Source: Amoeboradix gromovi X-113
Lineage: Eukaryota > Fungi > Sanchytriomycota
Direction: 5' to 3'
Length of the DNA: 7,764 bases
Assembly: GCA_018985225.1 (NCBI GenBank)
Contig: JADGIF010000491.1
Location: 1 to 7,764, forward strand
A program made the position numbers and the translations under genes. Positions 1 to 7,533 of the stretch are shown here, in pieces (position 1 is the stretch's first letter; each line of letters starts with the position of its first letter). The notes under the pieces are model-generated. The model was not told the origin of the DNA. It made no database searches and saw only the letters and a list, made by a program, of their open reading frames with translations.

Positions 1-1220
1 TGCGAAAAGGAAGAATATCGAGTGTTTAAGCTATTAGAAAAATCTGGAAAAGTGTTGAAATGATACAAAAATATATACAAATTCGCGATAAATGATTTGT
101 TCAAGAAAACAATCGAGCTGCTCTAACATAGTCTTTTCCTAGATTTTCAAACTTCATAAAACTTGATAGTCTTTCTTTTCATCAATCGCAGATGGGTTCA
201 CGGCTGGTCAAATAATGGAAAGAGATTATGCATTTGAGGGCAAATATGGTTTAGAATCGTAATACTGCGAAGACCATTAAGACGAAATTCAAGTATAAGA
301 AGCGTAGTTATTTCATTGAAAAACTCGTGTCTAAGCGCAACCTGCCTCGTCCTTTATAAGCTGAGCAACGCTTTGTTCTATTTTAAAATCAACAAAATAT
401 GCATCAGGACTCTCAGCAGTTTGGAGTCAATGTAACTGCCGCATGATGCAAAGAAAACATCATTGGCTTTTCAAGTGATGCAGAGTATTTGATAGCGCAC
501 TTGAAAACGGTTGGCGCAGACTCTGAGAAAACCAATATGTACAAGTTGTCATTATGAATCGAATGGCAAGTATTTGCCTACAAGTATTCGTCTTCCACCT
601 CGTCTCAAGGCAGCGGAACGGCGAGCAACCACGACAACTGAATTACCAACTTTGTTTGTCTCTCTATAGAAATTCCTGATTTTTAGAAACCCATGACTTC
701 GTTGAGCCAGGATGCAATGCAATACTAGACAGAATATATCAAAACACTTTCTTTACTTAATTTGAAAATCCTAAAAAAATATCAGGTAAAAATTTCCTAC
801 ACTGTCAACTATGATAGGCAATTAGTCATTAATTTTCTCTTCAATCGATATAATTCCGGACCACACAAAATCAGTGATTTTCTACTGAGATCATAAACTT
901 TTTTTAGGATGCTGTGGGCGCTTATCATTACCAACCGACATAGTCAGCCACTATTAATTGAGTTCTTTGTCTATCATCGTATTTCATACTTGCCTCCAAT
1001 GTATTTCCCAACACGCATCAGACCCGCATTTTTCGAGTATCTAGCGATAATGTCGATTGTTTTAGACTAGTGGACTGCAATTTCGCAGAGCACTTAATGG
1101 GGTTGGACACGCAATAAATCGATATCAATCTTCTGTTTCTTATCCGCTTTTACCTCTAGCCCAGTTTCCATAGAGCATGTCCCACGTAATTTGAATTTAG
1201 GGGTTCCTAAACCATCGTAA

Positions 1221-2196
1221 ATGTTTTATCGCATATGGGCAGTCAGTTTAATTTTGTTGGCAGCTGTTATCTTATGGCCATCCCCATCTGCTAGATCTAA
1301 ACGCTCCCCAACAGGTAGACCCGATGATCATGTCAAATGGCTAGTCCTCCAAGTCAATAATAATTTGTTATTGGACAAATTCAATCGCACTCTAGGTTCT
1401 TTGAACTTCCAGGACGATGTTCTCTACTTTAATAGCTATACTTATAAACTGTTTTATAACCGTGACTCCATAAATGTCCCTGATGAATGCATTATCCATG
1501 AGCATTCCGATGGTCATTCGTCTCTGTTGTCAAGGTGCTTAGCTAAATCAATGCGAAGTCCTATCGGGAAATGCGGCAAAGCATTCTTAAGATGGTATGG
1601 AATATCTCTCCATTTCAGTTATGATAGTGCTCTTGATATGCTCAATCTTTTGGATGATTATAAATGGATTGATTCTAGTTTTGACCCTACTGGTACTTTT
1701 TAATAATTTAGATTACGAGGAATACGATGTTAGGCCATATAGTAATGATACCCAAGTTCCATACAATGTACTGGTTCCTGAAGTACCTACAACTCCTATT
1801 CCAAACACAATACTAAATCCACTGAACTCTCAAATCTGCCTCGCGCCGAATGTGTGTGCCAATTTGACCACCGATTGTCTTTATTACCCAGCTTTTATGT
1901 CCAATGTAACTGTTAATTCGACGTACTACATTTCAAATTCAAAACTATTAAATAATCAGAGTTTCCCTACAATCAGTTTGGATTGTACTAATACCACTGA
2001 TCTATCGCAAGATATCCTAAACTACAACCCTGCTCTTTATGCCATAAAACAGCCAATCACAAGATGTTGTAATCAAGTAGTGTTGAAATCACCCCCAGTT
2101 GTAAATAATAAGGACGAGACCAAGTTTACGGACAAATCCTCCAGTTCACCCGGTTTATCGGCTTACGCTTTGTACTTTATTCTTAATCTAATATAA
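1221..2196 (+). CDS. Hypothetical secreted or GPI-anchored Cys-rich glycoprotein, join(1221..1692,1712..2196), 318 aa
   Basis: ORFs 1221-1703 and 1597-2196 join in frame (..FDPT-D-YEEYDVR..) when the 19-nt GT-AG segment 1693-1711 is removed. The product has a hydrophobic N-terminal signal (WAVSLILLAAVILW), a dibasic RSKR site, 9 Cys, several N-x-S/T sequons (NRT, NDT, NLT, NVT, NST, NQS, NTT) and a GPI-signal-like tail (KSSSSPGLSAYALYFILNLI). No family recognised. Confidence 0.75.
1693..1711 (+). other. 19-nt spliceosomal intron (phase 1)
   Basis: GTACTTTTTAATAATTTAG. GT..AG ends, contains the in-frame TAA that ends ORF 1221-1703, and removal restores the frame into the downstream ORF. Matches the UBP6 intron at 13 of 19 positions. 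Confidence 0.78.
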
Positions 2197-2197
2197 T

Positions 2198-2203
2198 AAT
2201 AAA
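2198..2203 (+). promoter_or_regulatory. Putative polyadenylation signal AATAAA
   Basis: AATAAA 1 nt after the TAA stop at 2194-2196; same arrangement at the other genes. Confidence 0.5.
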
Positions 2204-2225
2204 TCTTTTTAATTTTACATCCGCA

Positions 2226-2246
2226 TTTATATTTTTAAAACCCCCC
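2226..2246 (+). promoter_or_regulatory. Putative core promoter/initiator of UBP6 (TTTATATTT...CCCCCC-ATG)
   Basis: TTTATATTT at -21..-13 and CCCCCC at -6..-1. The same 9-mer lies at the same distance upstream of the HEN1 ATG. Confidence 0.4.
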
Positions 2247-3519
2247 ATGAAGTTGTTTATCTCTTGGAAAGGCGAGAAATTAGAATTTACAATAGACGAA
2301 AATAGCACTGGTAAAGTGCTTAAACAGATGGTGTTTGAGAAAACAGGTATCACAGTTGATCGTCAAAAATTGTTATGCAAGGGTAAAAAGATTGAATTAG
2401 ACACTGTTTTAAAAGATGTAGCTACCGACAACGCGTCCGTATTTCTAATGGGATCGAATGCTGTAATTGGGTCGCCAAAGGCTGCAGAGAAATTAGCGGC
2501 AACTAATACCAAAACAGCCAACTCTCCCCCAGTTCATTTACCAGTAGGACTAAAGAATCTTGGTAACACTTGCTATCTAAATGCAACTTTGCAATGCTTC
2601 AAGCTGGTACCCGAACTTGTTGCAGGTTTGTATACTGCAAATCCTATTTTATCCATGCTGTTTAGTGAAATGGATAGTAACATCAAATCCCAATCTTCTG
2701 TGAATCCTCTTGTATTTTACACTCAATTCAAATCAGAATTTCCTCAATTCCAGCAGACCACAACCACTTCTACGGCCATGGGCAACGTGCAATCTAATGC
2801 TCAACAAGATGCTGAAGAATCCTGGAATCAACTTCTTCAGTCGTTTTTTCGCAAGAACAGTGCGTTGGAGGATCTTTTCAGAATACAGCTAGTAGAAACA
2901 TTGAAGTCTGAGGATACTTCGGAGTCATCTAAAAAAACTATTTTTGAAAACATCTTAAAAGTTAATATAAATCAATCTACGACGTACTTGGAGTTGGGCA
3001 TCAAAGAGTCATTATCTAGCAATGTTGTCAAGCACTCTGAAGTAGCTGACAAAGATGTCAACTTCACTGCAACAACTAGATTTCATTCTTTACCAAAATA
3101 TTTAAGCATAAACATGGTTAGATTCTTTTGGAAACAGCAATCCAAGTTGAAAGCAAAGATACTGAAAAGTGTTAAATTCCCATTTATGTTAGATTTATAT
3201 GATTACTGTACCGACGAATACAAACAACAAATTAAAGATTACAGAACCAGTGCCTTAAAGGACGAGCTAAAAGATATGGGGCAAATAAGCGGAGTGTATG
3301 ATTTAATTGGGGTTCTTACGCACATTGGTAGATCATCAGACAGTGGTCATTGTAATTAATGTTAACTTAGACATAGCATGGATAAAGCATGAAAAAATGT
3401 GGATAAAGTGTGATGACGAAGTAATGAGCGTTGTTGAAGAGAGCGAGATAGAGCGACTTTACGGATCAGCAGATTGGCATAGTGGATATATCTTGTTATA
3501 CAAAGCTAGATTGGCGTGA
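2247..3519 (+). CDS. UBP6: Proteasome-associated ubiquitin carboxyl-terminal hydrolase (Ubp6/USP14), join(2247..3351,3371..3519), 417 aa
   Basis: N-terminal ubiquitin-like domain (LKQMVFEKTGITVDRQKLLCKGK..LMGS), USP Cys box GLKNLGNTCYLNATLQC, QQDAEE, MVRFFWK..KAKILKSVKFPFMLDLYD. Splicing rebuilds the His box LTHIGRSSDSGHYIAW, followed by WIKCDDE and ADWHSGYILLY, which match the Ubp6/USP14 C-terminus. Confidence 0.96.
3352..3370 (+). other. 19-nt spliceosomal intron (phase 1) within the UBP6 His box
   Basis: GTAATTAATGTTAACTTAG. Removal gives GGT CAT T/AC ATA GCA TGG = G-H-Y-I-A-W, the canonical USP His-box pattern. Retention gives TAA at 3357-3359 and loses the catalytic Asp region. TTAAC branch-like motif abuts TTAG. 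Confidence 0.92.
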
Positions 3520-3520
3520 T

Positions 3521-3526
3521 ATTAAA
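3521..3526 (+). promoter_or_regulatory. Putative polyadenylation signal ATTAAA
   Basis: ATTAAA 1 nt after the UBP6 TGA (3517-3519). Confidence 0.45.
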
Positions 3527-3949
3527 GATTTAGTAAACAATCGTATGGTTTTCCAACTTTTCGTTAAAAGTCCTGATTTCCCAGAAAATCGAGAATTTCC
3601 AGAGAGAAACTAGCAATGCTAGTAAATCTGTTACAGTGGTTGCTCAAGCTTTCACTACCCCTGAGGCGGGATTGAATAAGGATATGTATACTTGTACATA
3701 TTCCTTTCTGCAATCGCCTCCATCTAATCTCAAATTGCAGGTTCTATTTATTGTCTGTGTGGTCTACTCTTTTATTACCAGCTACAATATAACTCTACTG
3801 ATAACTCAAAGTACAATGATCATCTTACTCAACGCAAAAACATGATTGCCTTCACCCAAGAAAAGTGGGGTCCTTAACTCTCGAGGACTTTGCGTCTAAC
3901 GTCGGCGAGTAATGGTCACAATCGTAATTTAAAAAACGCCCCTGAAACC

Positions 3950-4276
3950 ATGTTTACGCGTCAGTTTTCGAAAATATTGAGAAGTGAAATAAAATATACA
4001 GAGAAAGCAAAAGAACACTTTAAATTTCAAAAAGATAGAGAAAACCATGCAGACAAGTTAGGAAACACATGGAAGAAAATATCCCTGTTCTTCTGTGCTC
4101 CAGTCATTGTTGGAACAGCAATTCAAGCATATGTTAAGGAAAAGAAGCATTTAGCACATTTTCATAAACAGGATACAGAGTTTGACTACCTCTACATCAG
4201 AAAAAAGCCATTTCCTTGGGGGGATGGTAGAAAATCATTTTTTCACAGCGAAGAGGCAAACCACATAAAAGAGTAA
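3950..4276 (+). CDS. COX13: Cytochrome c oxidase subunit VIa (Cox13/COX6A), mitochondrial precursor, 108 aa
   Basis: TWKKISLFFCAPVIVGTAIQAY transmembrane helix, EKKHLAH, and the COX6A signature YLYIRKKPFPWGDGRKSFFH. First ATG is at 3950 (the ORF track starts at a TTG). MFTRQFSKILRS looks like a mitochondrial presequence. Confidence 0.95.
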   Translation: MFTRQFSKILRSEIKYTEKAKEHFKFQKDRENHADKLGNTWKKISLFFCAPVIVGTAIQAYVKEKKHLAHFHKQDTEFDYLYIRKKPFPWGDGRKSFFHSEEANHIKE

Positions 4277-4291
4277 ATAAACAGATTTATT
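4276..4291. terminator. Bidirectional 3'-end region: AATAAA on + (4276-4281) and on - (4291-4286)
   Basis: The convergent stops of COX13 and LRO1 are 10 nt apart and each overlaps an AATAAA hexamer on its own strand. Confidence 0.5.
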
Positions 4292-6152
4292 CATTTAAAT
4301 TCAATGCTTTTGCCATGGCCAAGGTGCTCTTGCGATATCTGGATTTAGCTGGAAGTGCTGGTTCAACAGCCAAACCTAATATATCCACTATTAATTCCTG
4401 GTTTCCGAGGATATCAATATGATCTGCAGTCTTTTTACCTCCTCTCAATATTTCGTTTGGATTTAAGCTGTTGAAAGTATCCTCGTGCTTGTATTCTTTA
4501 ACTATAATGGGAATTTTGCTAGGATTGTACTTTAAGTGTCTCCATGCTTCTAAACAAGCACCAGACAAACTGAAGGCATTTACTGTACCATCACCATCCC
4601 CCAATTGTACACCATGGCGCGTATTACTAGGCTCATGGATATAAGTTACATCTATTTCCGGTATAGTGTCGATATTAGAGTTAAGTTGCTTTGCATTTTT
4701 ATAGAAATATTTTCTTTCAGTTGGTCGGTTATATCCGTAAAAGCAGTGAATTGTAAGAGTGTTATTAACCTCATTGGGCTCAAGAAATCTACCAGTTTGA
4801 GTTTTAAAAGTCCGGTAGATTTTAGGTAGAGTAGTAGCCAATGGATTAGTCCAAGATTTTATAATATCCTTGCTGTTAGTTATGTTCATTTTGTCTCGAG
4901 TTAGAAATTCATGAGAGTAAAGTGAATTAATGACATTCCATTCATCAGCCTTGTTAGATAGCTCACCAAATAATGCCAAAACTGAATCAATTGTTAGATG
5001 CAAGTTCTCTTCAATCAAGCTAAGCATAGCTCCAGAATGCAGGCCATAATTAGAAAAATAAGATTCAAAAGTTAGCTTCATGCAAGTTCTTGAATGTCTG
5101 AAGTAACACTTTTGATAAGTGCGATCTACTGGATCATCTGCACTATACCATTCAGTACCCCACACTCTGTTACCACCTTTTGGAATCATAGAAAACACGC
5201 CTTGCCAACTCCAGAAAAGGTCCCTTCTTTCTAATCGTTTGAAGGTAGCTTCCAGAATGGTATTTCCAAACGGCCCAATCTGTGCAGTGTCTTTCATTTC
5301 ACCTGATAAAACACCAGATATGACTTTGGGACATCCCAAAAATGGTACTGCAATGTTTATTACATTCTTGATGTGATCTGACACCCACCCATCACCACCA
5401 TTCCCCCCAAGTGGTGATTCCACCCATTTCAGAAAGTTAAAAAACACAAGGCCGCCCATAGAATGAGTGAGTACCACACATTTTAACCTGGAGTGCCTAA
5501 CTTTATTTTCAATTATTGATTTGAGTTCCGTAAAGTATCCATCTCTATTTTCTAGTCCTTCATGTGATAATCTATAATCATAAGTAGCAGCAGTGATATC
5601 ATTTGAGTCGTAGCCCAAAGCAACTAAATTTTCTACAATTCGAGCCCAAACCCAGTACTGCCCTAAGAAATATTCAGAACTTTGAAAATCTTTAACTGCC
5701 CTTAACTTAATCCCCTCAGGATCGGTGCCATTAAATAGCTTCATGTGCTCAAGCCAGCATTGCTTGTTAGATAACAATGCCAATATCATGTTAGGACTTC
5801 CCCATATCTTGTTTCTAAGGTGACCTTCAAAACAGGGTTTACTCTTCCACAACTCTAAGTGACTAGTTCCAAATCCTGGAATCAATAGCGTAAATCTTTT
5901 TTTGTACGCACTGCTATAAGTTAGATTGTAATTTGATTTGAATTCTTCAGCTGGTGAGGTCTCCACAGTGTTTTCCAAAAATAAATTTGTAAAATTGTTT
6001 GACGGAATTACTGTCTTCAGGAAAAGCTGGACTTTATCAATATCAGTGATAGGAGCACGCATATGATGCAGTGCTAGTAAAATTCCGACCAGCAGTCCAA
6101 AGTATAAACGCTTAGATAAAAGGACCTGTTTTAATTTCAAACTCTTGCTCAT
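4287..6152 (-). CDS. LRO1: Phospholipid:diacylglycerol acyltransferase (PDAT, LCAT family), ~621 aa
   Basis: N-terminal TM (LYFGLLVGILLAL), LIPGFGTSHLELW, CWLEHMKL..DPEGIKLRA, YWVWARIVENLVALGYD, YDYRLS..LENRDGYFTELK, nucleophile elbow THSMGG, SGEMKDT, WTNPL, CFYG..PTER, catalytic Asp in GDGDGTV and His in ADHIDILG. First in-frame ATG is at 6152; the ORF-track start 6161 is GTG. Confidence 0.95.
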   Translation of the reverse strand: MSKSLKLKQVLLSKRLYFGLLVGILLALHHMRAPITDIDKVQLFLKTVIPSNNFTNLFLENTVETSPAEEFKSNYNLTYSSAYKKRFTLLIPGFGTSHLELWKSKPCFEGHLRNKIWGSPNMILALLSNKQCWLEHMKLFNGTDPEGIKLRAVKDFQSSEYFLGQYWVWARIVENLVALGYDSNDITAATYDYRLSHEGLENRDGYFTELKSIIENKVRHSRLKCVVLTHSMGGLVFFNFLKWVESPLGGNGGDGWVSDHIKNVINIAVPFLGCPKVISGVLSGEMKDTAQIGPFGNTILEATFKRLERRDLFWSWQGVFSMIPKGGNRVWGTEWYSADDPVDRTYQKCYFRHSRTCMKLTFESYFSNYGLHSGAMLSLIEENLHLTIDSVLALFGELSNKADEWNVINSLYSHEFLTRDKMNITNSKDIIKSWTNPLATTLPKIYRTFKTQTGRFLEPNEVNNTLTIHCFYGYNRPTERKYFYKNAKQLNSNIDTIPEIDVTYIHEPSNTRHGVQLGDGDGTVNAFSLSGACLEAWRHLKYNPSKIPIIVKEYKHEDTFNSLNPNEILRGGKKTADHIDILGNQELIVDILGLAVEPALPAKSRYRKSTLAMAKALNLNE

Positions 6153-6800
6153 ATCAGACACATGGGAGATGCTTTATGAAAAAAACTCCTCAAAGCCCTG
6201 ATTTCAGAAAACATTTAAGACTTTGCAATTGATAATAAGAGTATGACGGGTTATTAAAGATCATACAACCGTAGAAGACGATCAATTACAGAGGTGGAGT
6301 TCCTGTAATCACTACAGATGATTTGTTGAATTGAAATCGATTACTGATTATTATAAATGCATCGTTTCCTTCCTTTCTGGAAGGATGAATTAATCATAAT
6401 TACCACAAGTTCAAAAAAAATGATTGGCTCAAAAATCAAAATATTTCAGCGTTGTCATCTGGCAAACAAGATGATGATAAAGAGTGACTGCATTAGCAAC
6501 AGTAGTTATTACCACAGTAGAAGGGTAAATTCAGCATCTCAAACAAGTATCTAGCATATTCGCTTTTGATAGAAAATCATTCCTATTGCTTACTCTAGCG
6601 TTTAAAATTATCCCAAGAGTGCTTTAGTGCTCATAGAAATGATTGAAAGTACAATAGTTTCAGCGTCGACATAAAGGTCCAAGGTTAGGTCAATGTACCA
6701 TTTTGATGTAGTGGGCATCGATAAGATAATGAGATTAAATAAAGAATAATTTTATAGCGGATTATTATGTGTAGAGTGTGTTCCAAATTAGGCGATTAGA

Positions 6801-6806
6801 TTTATT
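6801..6806 (-). promoter_or_regulatory. Putative polyadenylation signal AATAAA overlapping the HEN1 stop
   Basis: Minus strand reads GAA TAA ATC, the same GAATAAATC context as the LRO1 stop. Confidence 0.5.
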
Positions 6807-7494
6807 CACAAGGATAAACTATTTGTTGGAATAGTTCCAATTCTAAACACATATCTGTAATTGGCTGTGGATCCGAAATTCTACTGAATACAGAAAACTG
6901 CGTGGCATAAACACCGTTTTTTAATCCACAGCCATCCCAATTATAGGAGTAGCCGTACTTGCAACAACTGTCGCACCAATCAATAAACTGTTTTCTCGTC
7001 CATTCAAATTTGTGGTCTAAATTTCTAAATCTGTCCCAACCCATCATCTTGTTAAAATCGTAATTTGGTGTCGATATAATTACATACTTTGGTTGATAAG
7101 TCATGAATATCAATTTTGAATAGCCATGTACGGCGTCAATTTGTAAGTGCTCTATTACTTCGATGGAAATCAGCAAGTCTTTTTTTACTAATCTTGCATC
7201 ATATTTTAAAATGTCTCCCTTATAAGCTTCAATAGTCAATGGTTTCTTCCTTAGGTGTTGTATATCTCTATCCGTATATTGCAATAGCTCCACTAATTCC
7301 CTTAAATAATATTCCTGCTGGTCTACAGCAATTATCCTTTTCACTAGTTGGAAATTTATTAATAATCCCAACATCATCCCACTTCCGCATCCAAAATCCA
7401 CTAGTGAGTCACACTCTTCTAATTTAGATACTATATCTTTGACCTTAAATTGCCTCTGCTCATTTAGAGGAATATCAAATATTTGCGTACTCAT
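6802..7494 (-). CDS. HEN1: Small RNA 3'-terminal 2'-O-methyltransferase (Hen1/HENMT1-like, stand-alone MTase domain), 230 aa
   Basis: FDIPLNEQR (F-x-x-PL-x-x-QR motif), SAM-binding VDFGCGSG, metal-binding IEVIEHL, ISTPNYDFN, FRNLDHKFEWTRKQFIDW, and YGY..GCG..ATQFSVF, all characteristic of Hen1. Confidence 0.93.
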   Translation of the reverse strand: MSTQIFDIPLNEQRQFKVKDIVSKLEECDSLVDFGCGSGMMLGLLINFQLVKRIIAVDQQEYYLRELVELLQYTDRDIQHLRKKPLTIEAYKGDILKYDARLVKKDLLISIEVIEHLQIDAVHGYSKLIFMTYQPKYVIISTPNYDFNKMMGWDRFRNLDHKFEWTRKQFIDWCDSCCKYGYSYNWDGCGLKNGVYATQFSVFSRISDPQPITDMCLELELFQQIVYPCE

Positions 7495-7515
7495 CTATGG
7501 GACACGAAATATAAA
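7495..7515 (-). promoter_or_regulatory. Putative core promoter/initiator of HEN1 (TTTATATTT...CCC..ATG)
   Basis: Minus strand TTTATATTT at -21..-13 and CCC at -7..-5 from the ATG, paralleling UBP6. Confidence 0.4.
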
Positions 7516-7533
7516 AACTAGACTAACTCGTTT

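Noticed and set aside
1-63. Possible 3' end of an upstream gene (CEKEEYRVFKLLEKSGKVLK*)
   Set aside because: Only 20 codons visible, no motif and no stop-adjacent hexamer.
1597-1711. Hydrophobic N-terminus of ORF 1597-2196 as a separate membrane-protein gene
   Set aside because: It overlaps exon 1 in another frame and is better explained as off-frame translation of AT-rich sequence. The 19-nt intron joins the two ORFs cleanly.
2710-2892. 60-aa ORF inside UBP6
   Set aside because: Alternative frame of a conserved gene, non-ATG start, no recognisable features.
3307-3370. UBP6 as a frameshifted pseudogene, or ORF 3307-3519 as a separate gene
   Set aside because: A GT-AG intron restores the exact His-box motif; all catalytic motifs are intact.
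3636-3845. 69-aa ORF between UBP6 and COX13
   Set aside because: GTG start, no recognisable motifs, and none of the start/stop signals seen at the real genes.
4605-5376. ORFs 4605-4829 and 5119-5376 on +
   Set aside because: Antisense shadows of LRO1.
6241-6259. 19-nt GT..AG segment GTATGACGGGTTATTAAAG
   Set aside because: Lacks the TAA(C/T)TTAG end, and I found no coherent reading frame restored by removing it.
6285-6317. Short inverted repeats (ATTACAG/CTGTAAT; CTGTA/TACAG)
   Set aside because: Stems of 5-7 bp are expected by chance; no RNA family recognisable.
6357-6718. 65-aa + ORF (6357-6554) and a 36-aa minus-strand ORF starting near 6718
   Set aside because: Short and without motifs; cannot be supported without expression data.
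7239-7427. 62-aa + ORF
   Set aside because: Antisense shadow of HEN1.
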